A stretch of 46,238 bases of DNA. Source: a virus. Lineage: Duplodnaviria; Caudoviricetes. The notes below the pieces were generated by a model, which ran no database searches, had not been told where the DNA came from, and saw only the letters and a program-made list of their open reading frames with translations. Positions 16,608-26,429 of the stretch are shown here, in pieces. Numbering within the stretch: the first letter of the stretch is position 1; the number at the start of each line of letters is the position of its first letter. The position numbers and the translations under genes are program-made. The stretch lies in the IMG/VR virus record IMGVR_UViG_3300030606_000015, positions 1 to 46,238 of that record; one strand, written 5' to 3'.

Positions 16608-17819
16608 TTATAAATCCTGCACGGCAGGCCATCCGCCGACATCGGCCATTTCGTCCAAATCAGTTGTGTTGTCCAAAATGGCTGTGCGGTTTACCACGTC
16701 ATTTATTTGTCTGGCATCCACGCTGTCGCTGCTTGGTAATGTTGCGCCAACATCACCGAGCAGCGTATTCATCAAATCTGTAGCCGCCTCTATCGCAACA
16801 TCAGAGGTGGGATACAAGCGCCCAGCTCGTTTGTATTGCTCTGGCAGAGATTCTGTGGACTGGCTCACCCCTAGATCGTACGTCTCAGCAAACCAAAAAT
16901 CGTCATCTTCCGCTTGCTGCAATGTGTGACCATCCATGTAATTTCCATCTGAATAAATTTCAGCCGTGTTCGGACCGTCGTCCAGGTGAATCTGGTATCG
17001 GAACATGCTGGTTCCAGGCACAGCTTGTATGTCGGTATTCGGTCCCTCGCGTAGCAAATTGTTGATGAAATCAACCTGTGCGTTGCGGGTACAGCCTCCT
17101 ACCCTCGCTCTCCAGTTATAGACAATATTATTTATAATCTCCGCCTTCGCCGTGAAGAGCGGATTCCGATAACCGGTCATAACAAAAACGTTGTGATGGA
17201 AACTTATATGGTGTATTCCATCCCAAGGGCCGCCTCTCCGGTTTTGAGCGTTGAACCCTGTCGGATGATCATAAAACGACTCCGCAAACAGACAATGCTG
17301 TATAGTCACGTTGTAAATTTCGCGGGTAGTTGGATCGTCTAGATAAATGTGACCCATGTTGGCCTTTCCCCAGGAACAGGACAGGTGATCCATGACGATA
17401 TTATAGCCCCCGGCGATCATCCAGGGGGATGAGGCTCCGCTCGGCCCATCGCCATACCGTAATCTCACGTGTCTAATCAAAATGTCATGCACCGTATCGG
17501 AGCCTTCAATCTCCAGCAGTACGGTGATATTTTCTAATGCCGGATTCTTTCTAATGGTTATCCCCGGCTCTGGTGCCGTGTCCCCTAGTATATAAATATA
17601 CGGCTTGTTAATTAGTATCCTACTCTCTAAATCCACGTAACCGCCTACATCAAAAACAATCGCACGGCCGTTTGATGTTGCGTTGAGAACGCCATCACGT
17701 AGCGTCCCCGGACCAGAGTCATCCAGAGATGTAACGTGGTATACATCCGTCGTTGGCTTAATTATTAAGCCGCCACCATGACCAGAAATTGGATTATTTG
17801 ACAAGTCGATTATCTCCAC
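16608..17819 (-). CDS. Pectate-lyase-like (PL1) right-handed beta-helix protein
   Basis: VTSLDDSGPGTLR, IVFDVGG, GDTAPEPGITI, HVRLRYG, MDHLSCSWG, RNP, NNIVYNW, VGGWP. Confidence 0.85.
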   Translation of the reverse strand: MEIIDLSNNPISGHGGGLIIKPTTDVYHVTSLDDSGPGTLRDGVLNATSNGRAIVFDVGGYVDLESRILINKPYIYILGDTAPEPGITIRKNPALENITVLLEIEGSDTVHDILIRHVRLRYGDGPSGASSPWMIAGGYNIVMDHLSCSWGKANMGHIYLDDPTTREIYNVTIQHCLFAESFYDHPTGFNAQNRRGGPWDGIHHISFHHNVFVMTGYRNPLFTAKAEIINNIVYNWRARVGGCTRNAQVDFINNLLREGPNTDIQAVPGTSMFRYQIHLDDGPNTAEIYSDGNYMDGHTLQQAEDDDFWFAETYDLGVSQSTESLPEQYKRAGRLYPTSDVAIEAATDLMNTLLGDVGATLPSSDSVDARQINDVVNRTAILDNTTDLDEMADVGGWPAVQDL

Positions 17820-17842
17820 CGCGTTTTCACCCCCGCCGGGGA

Positions 17843-18628
17843 CTAAGGGTCTGGCGCACTTGTCGCAGCCGCGTTATGTATCTCTAAAATCTGCGTCGGA
17901 GTCCAGACCGAGCCGAATTTGACGGCGCAATATGCCAACCATCCATCCCAATTTTGTAATGGAGGGTCAAACGTTGCCGCTCCCAGATTTGTCACATTGG
18001 TGCCTAAGCTAGCCTCTGCCGGTGTGCCGATGCCAGTCTTCGTTGTCCCAGTCTGGATGCCGTTCTTGTATACTATGACCTCGCCACTTGCTCCGGCTCC
18101 TGTATCCCAGGTGAGCGCTAAAGAAATCCAGTCGTTTTCCGAAAAACCACTAACGGAAAAATCATTAAAAGTTCCGCCTATCCGAGCCAGAAAAAAAATC
18201 TGATTATTGGTGGTGGATTTCTGTATCGCAAATTGACTCGCATTGTCAAACCTCATACGGACAACATACCTTGTTACACCATCGGTCCAAATCGAGGCAT
18301 CTGCAATTTTCGCCCAAACAAAAATACAGCCAACACCCCAATCAAAAATACTATTTAGTGATGAGCTGTATATATTTCCTGCGTCATTTGTGCCGTCAGA
18401 ATACGGTGCTAACGACCCCGGCACCGGCCCGTCTGCATTTTGTAAATCCCATCCCACCTCTACCCCGTCTCTGGCAGCATTGACGTGCGCGTGAATCGTC
18501 GTACCGCTGGCAATGTCCACAAGCGGCCATACCTCAGAGGCACCGTAGTCGTCCATGAGTACCTGTGCGTAGGTAGGCGAAGATGCACCCGACTGCGCCA
18601 ATGCCCCATACGTCATCGGCCCCAGCAT
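17843..18628 (-). CDS. LamG/concanavalin-A-like lectin domain protein (candidate receptor-binding protein)
   Basis: TAATG overlap at 18628; GCIFVWAK, WISLALTWD, VIVYKNG, WDGWLA, WTPTQI. Confidence 0.75.
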   Translation of the reverse strand: MLGPMTYGALAQSGASSPTYAQVLMDDYGASEVWPLVDIASGTTIHAHVNAARDGVEVGWDLQNADGPVPGSLAPYSDGTNDAGNIYSSSLNSIFDWGVGCIFVWAKIADASIWTDGVTRYVVRMRFDNASQFAIQKSTTNNQIFFLARIGGTFNDFSVSGFSENDWISLALTWDTGAGASGEVIVYKNGIQTGTTKTGIGTPAEASLGTNVTNLGAATFDPPLQNWDGWLAYCAVKFGSVWTPTQILEIHNAAATSAPDP

Positions 18629-19404
18629 TATTCCAGCCCTCCCGCCGCCAGCCACACATCAGCGCCGCGATGATAAACCACCGCCGCTTTGTACTGCGTC
18701 GCCAGCGTCAATGCCCCATCAGCGCTTTGCAGCGTCGTAGCCGCCGCCAGTGTGATGACCCCTGTCCCAACGTTGACAAGTGTCACCTGATACCCCGCGT
18801 CCAATCCATCCGGCAGCGTAACGGTAAATGTGCCGTCGCATTCGTGGATTTTCCCGGCATTGGCTGCCAGGAGAGTGTGGGTTGCGTTCACGGTCACAAT
18901 GGCGGCATCTTCCGGCAGCGCTTCCGCCTGAGCTGCTGTGACCGCGTGCGGATTGGCGGTGTCGCCCTCGTGGTCGCTTAAATCACCAGCCACAACCGCC
19001 GCCGCACCTGCTGCCTCTGCGCCAATGTCGCTTAATGTTTGCGCCGCCGAGCGATATTCCAACCCACCTGCGCCCGCCACCCGAACCATATCGCCACTGT
19101 TGCCCGTGTCTGTGGTCAAATCGTCCACATCGGACGCACCGCCACCGCCACCCGACTGAGCCACCCAAGCCCGTGTGCCGTCGGTCTGGCTGCTCAACAC
19201 GTAGCCGTTCGCCGCTGGATTGCCAAGCGCCGGCTCAAACGCACTGGCATCCTCTACCGCCGCGCTGCCCAGGCCGTGAACGGCCGTTCCTTCCAACGCT
19301 TCATGATCTTCCAGGTCATCAGCCACGGCCGTAACCAACCCCGGCGACGCCCCTTCTGTGACCGTTACCGCCACAGCCTCGTCAGAAATTGTTACCTCGG
19401 TCAT
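18628..19404 (-). CDS. Tail fibre/adaptor-like virion protein
   Basis: Ala/Gly-rich fibre motifs (NPHAVT, GYVLSSQTDG); C-terminal TVTLP…VTLVNVGTG…WLAAGGL beta domain. Confidence 0.65.
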   Translation of the reverse strand: MTEVTISDEAVAVTVTEGASPGLVTAVADDLEDHEALEGTAVHGLGSAAVEDASAFEPALGNPAANGYVLSSQTDGTRAWVAQSGGGGGASDVDDLTTDTGNSGDMVRVAGAGGLEYRSAAQTLSDIGAEAAGAAAVVAGDLSDHEGDTANPHAVTAAQAEALPEDAAIVTVNATHTLLAANAGKIHECDGTFTVTLPDGLDAGYQVTLVNVGTGVITLAAATTLQSADGALTLATQYKAAVVYHRGADVWLAAGGLE

Positions 19405-19754
19405 CTCGTCACCTCCCGGCTCAATGCCACCCGGCCCATCAGCAGCCGCTCAGTATCTTCCGCGCCGGAGGCGGGAATGTATTCCAAATCGTAGTAGGCT
19501 TGATAGGTGGAGAAATCAAGCGCGGCCGTAGCCACGGCAGAGACGTCCAAAACAATCAGGGTGTCACTCCCCGATAGGCTGGCCGTGATACGGCCGTTTG
19601 CCGTCGTCAGTTCCAGCAGCATCTCGGCCGAATCTTTGTTTTTCCGAATATGCATAGCAAACGTCCCGCCGGTCATGTCCCGGTCCGGCCAGGTAATCGT
19701 CTTGCTTAGAGCCGCGCCCTGATAAATCGTGAAATTCCACTCTCCTGGTATCAT
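19401..19754 (-). CDS. Virion beta-sandwich protein (BppU/LtfC-like)
   Basis: MIPGEWNFTIYQGA…DMTG…MHIR…LTTANGRI…YDLE…RLLMG…SREVTR. Confidence 0.65.
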   Translation of the reverse strand: MIPGEWNFTIYQGAALSKTITWPDRDMTGGTFAMHIRKNKDSAEMLLELTTANGRITASLSGSDTLIVLDVSAVATAALDFSTYQAYYDLEYIPASGAEDTERLLMGRVALSREVTR

Positions 19755-19758
19755 AAAA

Positions 19759-19911
19759 TCACCCTCCGCCTGGATACAGTCCGCCTTGCTCGCCCAGGTA
19801 GGTGTCGGTTTGCGGCAGGGTGATGGTGGTTTGCGCGGCCGTCGGTTCACCAACCAGCAAGAACGAAAAGAGAATTAAAGCGGAGAAAGCCAGGGCACTA
19901 TTTCGCCTCAC
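19759..19911 (-). pseudogene. 50-aa signal-peptide-bearing ORF, possibly a truncated secreted-protein remnant
   Basis: MRRNSALAFSALILFSFLLVGEPTAAQTTITLPQTDTYLGEQGGLYPGGG*. Confidence 0.35.
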
Positions 19912-20086
19912 GGCTCGCCTCCTTTGCTGGCAGCTGCCCAGCCACTTCGTCTTTGTAGGCCAGCAGCTTGCGCGCGTGCTCCAGCGGAATCGCTTCTTTT
20001 AGCTGAAGACCATCCAGCAGCTCGCGCAGCCAAACGGCCGTTTCTGACGCCAATGTCAATGTGATTGATGTTTCATCTTTACCCAT
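19898..20086 (-). CDS. Small hypothetical protein after the tail tip gene
   Basis: AAAAGGAG RBS; 62 aa. Confidence 0.65.
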   Translation of the reverse strand: MGKDETSITLTLASETAVWLRELLDGLQLKEAIPLEHARKLLAYKDEVAGQLPAKEASREAK

Positions 20087-20098
20087 GCCGATCTCCTT

Positions 20099-23005
20099 TT
20101 AATCACTTAATCGAATCATCATGAGCGACGTTCCATACTCGACTGCGGCCTCCGCATTCAGGTTGCCGCCGCTAGTTTGCAATCCCATCAGTCGAAAGTA
20201 CTCGCCGTCGCTGGCGTCCCAAATGGTTGACACTGTCTGCTCTAGCGCCCCCGTCTGGCCATCGGGGTTGTTCTCCGTCATGGCCAAAAAGGTGAGAGCG
20301 TTTAACTCAATACCCAGAACGCGCTCGCCGCTGCTATTCCCCTCCCACCGTGTGTGGCCAATAATCAGCCATTTACCGGCTTCGCCCGTGCCTACCGTCA
20401 ATCTGGCAGGACCCCCTCCAGACCAGTGCGAGCCCGTGTCCCATATCTCGGTGCCTAGTGCCAGTGCCGTGAATCCCCCACTGGCAACCGATTGATTGCT
20501 AGTAGCGCGATAGCGAACGCTGGGTTTCGTTGGCAAATCGGCCGTTTGCAGGGCGCGGAACTGCGCTGCCGTCGCGCTAGTCGCAATGAGCACCTGTCGC
20601 GCCGTCAAGCCGGAAACGGTGTGATCTGCGCCCAGACCGCTGGTGGTGGCCAGAACATGGCTTTGGTTGTGGTGCTGGTTAGCAGACACGCCACCGAGTT
20701 GACTGTGCTGCAATGTGCCGAAAGCGGCCGTTGTCGCGCCAGTCGCACGAAGCACCTGCCCGCTGGTAAGACCGGAAACGGTGTGGTCTGGGCCCAAGGC
20801 GGATGTGGTAGCAAGTACATGGCTTTGGTTATGATGCTGATTAGCCGACACGCCTCCCAGCTCACTGTGTTGCAATGAGCCGAAAGCGGCCGTACTCGCC
20901 CCCGTCGCCCGCAGCACTTGGCCGGTTGTCAAGCCGGAAACGGTGTGATCCGGACCCAGACCCGATGTCGTGGCCAGAACATGTACCTGGTTATGCAGCT
21001 CACTGTCGCGGGCAATTGATGAAGGAATGTCAGCATCCACTAGCAGACGCATCGTGGGATCGTCGTCTGCTCCCGAGGTCGGACCAGCCAAAACTGTATT
21101 TGCTGCCTGATCATCAAAATTTAGAAATTGGCCAGAAAATATGCTGAACAAATCGGCCGTATCAGCACCTGTCTGCATCGCAGGATGAAGGTCATCCTGC
21201 GCCGCCACAACGGTGAAATCGACGGCAATGTTGTTGGTCGCCTCTTCAGTCAGTCCCGTGCCGATCAGGTCGGTTGCGTCTACGGCAACAGAGTCTGCCG
21301 TAACGTCAATCCCATCCCCAGCGCCCACCGCCAGCGTCGCGTTACCGTTGGCCCCGCCGTCAGACAGCGTCAGGCCCGCCCCGGCCACCAGCGCTCGCTC
21401 GGCGCTCAGGCTGGCCGTATTGCCAATGGTGACAAATGCCAGACCCGACAGATCCGCTCCACCTGGCGAGGTATTGGTAATCGTAATCGCCCCGGCGCTA
21501 TGCCCCACGCTGATGCCTGCGCCAGGCGTCACCGTTTTGTATTCCCAGCCGCTGGCCGCAGCATTAGCCCCCGCCACCTGGTTGGCCGCACCGTAGCTGC
21601 TCAATCCGTCGAGGGTCAGTGTCCGGTCGGCCGACAAATCGGCCGACGCACCACCATCGATGCGCAGTGGCAGATTGGCCAGCAGCGTTCGCGAAATGCT
21701 CACTGCGCCGGGCGACGTGCCCACGTCGCTCTTGCGCGTGGTGTCCTGCGTTTTCTCGGCAACGTCGGCCACCCACTGCGCGGCCGTCGGCTGGGGCAGC
21801 GGCTTGTCACCCAGGGTTAGCGTGGTGATGCGCTCGCCCTCTTCAAGGCGATTTTCTACGGCCAGAATCGTCAGCGTCTTGTTGATGTTGATTGTCTGGC
21901 TGCCACCAGTCATGCCGCCCTGGTACTCGCTGTACACGACGGTGACGCTTTGCCCCGGTCGCAGGTTGGCCGGTACATTGCACACGGCCGTGTAAAACTC
22001 CCGCGCCGCGTCGTTTTGCTCCAGGTAGTTTTTGCCCGTTTTCCACACGGCCACGGCCGCGCTGGTCAGTTGCGTCCCGTTGGTGGGGTCATTGGCCTGA
22101 ATCCAGCTGAAATCCACATCCTGCTCAATGACGTACCCTAGCGCCGTCTCCAGGTCGCTGTTGGCCATCAGATTGGAGACAAAGGTGGTGTCCAGCCAGG
22201 CCGGATCTGCCCCGGTATCGCCGCTGTCAATACCGGTGATGTCCAGACGGCCGTCGCCTACACCCGCGCCAAACGGCCGTATGCGGGTGATGACCGGCTC
22301 AAAATCGTACTCCCGCCGCAGGCTGTACAGTTTCCCCGTTGTGGTGCTGCCATCATATTGGTTGTAGCTGCTGGGCATTCGCAGCGTCACGCCGCTGCTG
22401 TCGGGCGAGGCGGCCCAGAACAGCCCCTTGCTGGTGGGATCGGCGTAAGTTGCCAGGCGGAATAGCTCGCCGCTCTGCTGGGCGGCCGCGTTGAGCAGCT
22501 TGAGCACCGTATCACCTCGGGCAGCGTGGTAGGTACCGGCGGCCGTGGCCGTCTCATTGGTCAACGTCCAACCGGCCGCAGCGTAGCCCATAATGTCTGC
22601 GATGTCGGTTGTCGATGGCCCGCCTGCGCCGTTATCGATGGCGTTGTTGCCGGCATTGGTGTTGCGCAGCTGGTCGGTGATTTCCGGTCCGGAGACGGTT
22701 ACCTCGCTGACGCCCTGGCCGGTTTCGGTGGTGATGCTTTTAATGATGAACGTGGCCAGGTCCATTTTGGCACCGCTGGCTACCTGGTCGGTGACATAAA
22801 CCGTCACCACCTGACCCACGTTGGCCTCCAGATCGGCCAGCAGCGTGGCGTCGCTGGCGTACAGCTTGAAGGAACCGCGCTCGGCGGTGTTCATCCCCTG
22901 ACGGCCGTTAATATCCCAAATCTCAGCGTCGTTGTAGGTGGACAGGGTGCCGAGATTGGCCAGGGCCTTAATTTTCAGGGTGAAGGTGCTGTAACGTTCG
23001 GTCAT
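20099..23005 (-). CDS. Tail tip/hub protein fused to a fibre with His-rich repeats and a C1q-like C-terminal domain
   Basis: Follows the distal-tail gene; hub motifs VITRIRPFG and LRPGQSV; three 54-aa repeats; beta-sandwich C-terminus (AGKWLIIGH…GEYFRL). Confidence 0.75.
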   Translation of the reverse strand: MTERYSTFTLKIKALANLGTLSTYNDAEIWDINGRQGMNTAERGSFKLYASDATLLADLEANVGQVVTVYVTDQVASGAKMDLATFIIKSITTETGQGVSEVTVSGPEITDQLRNTNAGNNAIDNGAGGPSTTDIADIMGYAAAGWTLTNETATAAGTYHAARGDTVLKLLNAAAQQSGELFRLATYADPTSKGLFWAASPDSSGVTLRMPSSYNQYDGSTTTGKLYSLRREYDFEPVITRIRPFGAGVGDGRLDITGIDSGDTGADPAWLDTTFVSNLMANSDLETALGYVIEQDVDFSWIQANDPTNGTQLTSAAVAVWKTGKNYLEQNDAAREFYTAVCNVPANLRPGQSVTVVYSEYQGGMTGGSQTININKTLTILAVENRLEEGERITTLTLGDKPLPQPTAAQWVADVAEKTQDTTRKSDVGTSPGAVSISRTLLANLPLRIDGGASADLSADRTLTLDGLSSYGAANQVAGANAAASGWEYKTVTPGAGISVGHSAGAITITNTSPGGADLSGLAFVTIGNTASLSAERALVAGAGLTLSDGGANGNATLAVGAGDGIDVTADSVAVDATDLIGTGLTEEATNNIAVDFTVVAAQDDLHPAMQTGADTADLFSIFSGQFLNFDDQAANTVLAGPTSGADDDPTMRLLVDADIPSSIARDSELHNQVHVLATTSGLGPDHTVSGLTTGQVLRATGASTAAFGSLQHSELGGVSANQHHNQSHVLATTSALGPDHTVSGLTSGQVLRATGATTAAFGTLQHSQLGGVSANQHHNQSHVLATTSGLGADHTVSGLTARQVLIATSATAAQFRALQTADLPTKPSVRYRATSNQSVASGGFTALALGTEIWDTGSHWSGGGPARLTVGTGEAGKWLIIGHTRWEGNSSGERVLGIELNALTFLAMTENNPDGQTGALEQTVSTIWDASDGEYFRLMGLQTSGGNLNAEAAVEYGTSLMMIRLSD
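20545..20998 (-). repeat. Three tandem 162-bp (54-aa) repeats in the tail fibre gene; third copy partial; outer limits approximate
   Basis: CCGGAAACGGTGTG recurs at 20610, 20772 and 20934; unit HNQxHVLATTSxLGxDHTVSGLTxGQVLxAT…SANQH. Confidence 0.9.
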
Positions 23006-23520
23006 GTCAGGGTGATATTGCTCACATATTGATAATCGGTGAGCCGCTCAATTTCGGCCGTGTAAAGGACGTAATCTGCGCCAAACTGAGGATCGGCACT
23101 GGCGCGGATTCGCTCCATACGGCCGCGTGCTGTCCATATCTGGCTCAGCGTTGGCCCCAGGCGTTTAACGACGTACAGGCCAATCACGCCGCCCAACAAC
23201 CGGTTGCTGAACGTCGTAGCGCCGCCGTAAGACTGGGCCAGCAGGTGCCCCTGCCCTTGCCTCACCGTCCAGTTCCACACCTCATGCGGGTAGACGACTG
23301 GCGCGTCATAGCCCTGGAATTTGTCAATCTTTGTGCCGTTGGGCAATACCCGAGTGCCCGGTACGGCCGCTAATTCAAAATCCATGCGCGACGGCACGCG
23401 CCCCATGGAGTTGCCCCCGATATACGGGTCCCATATTTCATGATCTGGTGCGGTCCCTGGCCAGATCGTAATCGTGTCCGAAAATCCCCAGGGGATGCCA
23501 ACAACCATTCTGTCTGTCAT
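23002..23520 (-). CDS. Putative distal tail protein
   Basis: Position between tape measure and tail tip; overlapping stop/start codons. Confidence 0.55.
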   Translation of the reverse strand: MTDRMVVGIPWGFSDTITIWPGTAPDHEIWDPYIGGNSMGRVPSRMDFELAAVPGTRVLPNGTKIDKFQGYDAPVVYPHEVWNWTVRQGQGHLLAQSYGGATTFSNRLLGGVIGLYVVKRLGPTLSQIWTARGRMERIRASADPQFGADYVLYTAEIERLTDYQYVSNITLT

Positions 23521-25757
23521 TAGATGCGCACTCCTCGGCCGCGGGCAGCATCGACCAGGCCATCGAGGATGTTACGGCCGCTCTCGATCCCCTGCTGGCG
23601 CGAAACAACCCCGGTCACATTGATGACCGGCTGAAGCACGATGCTGGCAGCGGCCGCTGAACCGCCGCCGTTGTCGCTGCCAATGTAGCCGCCATCGGCA
23701 TAGCCGGGCAGTCGGCCGGTGTTATTCATGTAGTTGAGCCGGTTCAGGCCCAGCTTATTGACGGCGCTGCGTTTCAGCATGTATTCACCGGTTTGGGCGG
23801 CGATCATGACATTGTCGGCACCGTAGCCGCTGATGGGTGGACCATACGGAACTGGGCCGCCTTCAGCCAGGAAAGCAGACGCTTGCCCGCTACCTGGTCC
23901 GGTAGGCAGCGTGGGAATCTTGCCCTCTTGTGCGATTTTGATGACAAAATCGTGATGGGTGGGGAGGCGGTCGAGGGTGTCGATGAGATCGGCCGCAGCG
24001 TCGTTGCTGGTGGTGATTGCGCCGGTTTGCTCGTCGAAGCTTACCGTCATGCCATTGATGTCAGTCACGGCCTGCTGCGCGGCCGTGATGTAGTCCTGCA
24101 ACGTTAAATCGCCATCAGCATACGCCTGCCCCAGGTTTTTCAGCGTTTGTTCCAGGGCAACGGATTTAATGACCGCCTCAGCCTGCACGGGCGACAACTC
24201 ACCGGTGGCCACCTTCAGGATGGCCAGCTGCGCGGCGTCGGCACCGGCGGCATCGGCCGCGGCGTACATGGCGCTGTTGAGCGAACCTTGATTCGTTGTT
24301 AGCTCACCCGTTCCCTGATTGATTTGCGCCAGCGTCTCGTTAAAGACGCCTAGCGCGCCGTCGGCCTGGCTGAATTCGGTGAAGAGATCGCCGGTAGCGG
24401 CCGCGACCTGGGCACGGGCGGCCGCGGCTTCGGCGTTGAGGCGGTTGGATTCGGCCAGCCGGTCGCTGGAGTTGGCCAGCGCTTCGTTCCAGCGGCCCTG
24501 GGCAGTCGTGACGTTCTGGGTGGAATCGAACAGCCTGTCTTCAAAGGCTGCCAGGTCCCCACTGGCAAAGGCCATCTCTTCAAGTTCCCGCGTCGTCGGC
24601 CCCAGATTGCCGCCCAGTTCCAGTATTCGCCGGTTGACGTTGCGCAATGTATGATCTTGCGCTAAGAAAGCTTTTGCCGCATCAGTAAGAAGCGGAGCCT
24701 GAAATTGCATTAGATTATGCGTGTCATGAACGCGGGTATTTAGCTTTTGCGCGGCTTGTTCAGCAGCTAGTTCAGCCTGAGCATATTCATCCAGCACCTC
24801 TGTGGCCTCTTTGCCGGTGAGCAGGACCTCCGCCTGAGTAGCTCTATATTCCACCAGGGTGATGTTTCCCTTATGGTATTCATCCCGCAGCCTGTTCAGG
24901 ACTGCTAAATAGTTCGTTGTGTTTTCAACCAATCCCTTTGTGCCGTCCACTTGCTCGCCGGTCAGTCGCAGTCCATAGCCTAGCTGCTCCCGAAGGTCCC
25001 CCCAGGCATTTCCCATCTGCTCTACCTTGCCGGTATAAGTTTCGGCCGCCGCTGCCGCGCTGCCGCCAAACTGCTTACTGAGTTCGTCAAGGATCAGATT
25101 TTGCGCTTCCATGAGACGGCCGCTTTCGGCCAATGTTGTAATCTGCTCTTTTTGAGATTCGGTGAAGGAGACGCCAACGCGCTGCAAGGCGCTAACGCCG
25201 TTGATGGGATCATTTAGCGCCTTACCCAGCTGGATGGCACTAGATTTCATGTCCTGGCCCAGCGCCTGGGACATATCCAGCATAGTTTCGGTGGCTCTCG
25301 GGAATACGTCTTTGCCAATACTGGTGAAGGTAAGGAGGAGGGATTGACCCTGGATAGTAGCCTCGTCGCCAAATTTGGTGACGCCTTGCAAGCCAGAGGC
25401 CATTTGTTTTAATTCTGTGGCGGTCAGTCCGGCGGCCGCGCCGGTTGATTTAATCGTTTGGGCAAGCTGTGTCTCGGCATCCTCCTGAATCCCGGCCAGG
25501 CGGATGTTTTCTTTTTGGAAATCGACTACCTGCTTACCGACGGCGATAACGGCCGTTGCCCCGGCTGCGACCTTTAGCCAAGATTTTGCCAGGCTCTGGC
25601 TGCTTTGGCTGGCATTTCGGCTCTGAGTATCAACGCTTTTTATACCCTTCGCCGCGCCATCCGTGCCGCGTTCCAGGTCCTTAAGCGCCTTGATAGCCTG
25701 GTCATCCCCCTGACCGGTTTTGATAAATCTTAAAATTACATCAATCGGGGTTGTCAT
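23520..25757 (-). CDS. Tape measure protein
   Basis: 745 aa, Ala/Gln-rich helical; LLTFTSIG…AIQLGKALNDP..G.SALQRVG motif; C-terminal AEGG/GEYML/GYADGG motifs. Confidence 0.9.
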   Translation of the reverse strand: MTTPIDVILRFIKTGQGDDQAIKALKDLERGTDGAAKGIKSVDTQSRNASQSSQSLAKSWLKVAAGATAVIAVGKQVVDFQKENIRLAGIQEDAETQLAQTIKSTGAAAGLTATELKQMASGLQGVTKFGDEATIQGQSLLLTFTSIGKDVFPRATETMLDMSQALGQDMKSSAIQLGKALNDPINGVSALQRVGVSFTESQKEQITTLAESGRLMEAQNLILDELSKQFGGSAAAAAETYTGKVEQMGNAWGDLREQLGYGLRLTGEQVDGTKGLVENTTNYLAVLNRLRDEYHKGNITLVEYRATQAEVLLTGKEATEVLDEYAQAELAAEQAAQKLNTRVHDTHNLMQFQAPLLTDAAKAFLAQDHTLRNVNRRILELGGNLGPTTRELEEMAFASGDLAAFEDRLFDSTQNVTTAQGRWNEALANSSDRLAESNRLNAEAAAARAQVAAATGDLFTEFSQADGALGVFNETLAQINQGTGELTTNQGSLNSAMYAAADAAGADAAQLAILKVATGELSPVQAEAVIKSVALEQTLKNLGQAYADGDLTLQDYITAAQQAVTDINGMTVSFDEQTGAITTSNDAAADLIDTLDRLPTHHDFVIKIAQEGKIPTLPTGPGSGQASAFLAEGGPVPYGPPISGYGADNVMIAAQTGEYMLKRSAVNKLGLNRLNYMNNTGRLPGYADGGYIGSDNGGGSAAAASIVLQPVINVTGVVSRQQGIESGRNILDGLVDAARGRGVRI

Positions 25758-26046
25758 TGTCGAATTCTCGGACCAGCTTCACGATGTTTTGCAAGGATTT
25801 CCAGGCACCCGGATGGGCCGTTGCCCACTTCGCCGCCCCTCCGGCCGGGAACGCCTGCGCTGCATCCAGCAGGTTATAGACGTTGAGCGCCGTGTCCAGC
25901 CGCTGCCGCATCCCGGCGGGCCACTCCATCCAGCCCACATTCCAGGGATCGCCCCAGCGCTGCACCCGCCAGGCCAGCAGCAGCTCGTCTGGCGGCTCGC
26001 CTTCGTTGTCGCCCGCTTTCGCCGCAGCGACTATAAGGCTAAAGGG
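25741..26046 (-). CDS. Tail assembly chaperone frameshift extension (gpGT-like)
   Basis: The -1 frame is open from the slippery site CCCTTTA (26040-26046) to the stop at 25741. Confidence 0.75.
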   Translation of the reverse strand, partial: PFSLIVAAAKAGDNEGEPPDELLLAWRVQRWGDPWNVGWMEWPAGMRQRLDTALNVYNLLDAAQAFPAGGAAKWATAHPGAWKSLQNIVKLVREFDNDNPD

Positions 26047-26429
26047 ACAGAGATGGCCTCGTTGTATCTCGCGATCACCTCCTGCCCCAGCCAGCGCACC
26101 GCGCCGGGGTGCAGGTCGCCCACCTCTTTGCCGCCGTAGGTGTAGCGTTTGGTGGTCGTTTTACGGCCGTTCTCACCCTTGCTCACCACCTCTTCAAAGC
26201 GCGTTTCGGGCGCTTCGATCCAACCGGCTTCGATGGCGGCGCACAGGTACGCCTCGTTGTAGCTGTTGGTGGCCGACAGGATGATGTGCGGGATAGCGGC
26301 CGCTGCCCGCTCAAGGGCTACCACGTCCTTTTCGCGCAGATCCGCCTTGATGGTGAATTCCTGCTGCCAGGGGTGGAGTTCAGTTTCTAACGGCGTGCCG
26401 TTAGCTCGCGCCTTGGTTTTAGTCGCCAT
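26031..26429 (-). CDS. Tail assembly chaperone (gpG-like)
   Basis: Between tail tube and tape measure; ends GTC CCT TTA GCC TTA TAG. Confidence 0.75.
   Translation of the reverse strand: MATKTKARANGTPLETELHPWQQEFTIKADLREKDVVALERAAAAIPHIILSATNSYNEAYLCAAIEAGWIEAPETRFEEVVSKGENGRKTTTKRYTYGGKEVGDLHPGAVRWLGQEVIARYNEAISVPLAL

Noticed and set aside
20099-21000. Diversity-generating retroelement acting on the tail fibre
   Set aside because: No reverse transcriptase in the window; the repeats are tandem and in frame and differ mostly at synonymous sites, not specifically at adenines.
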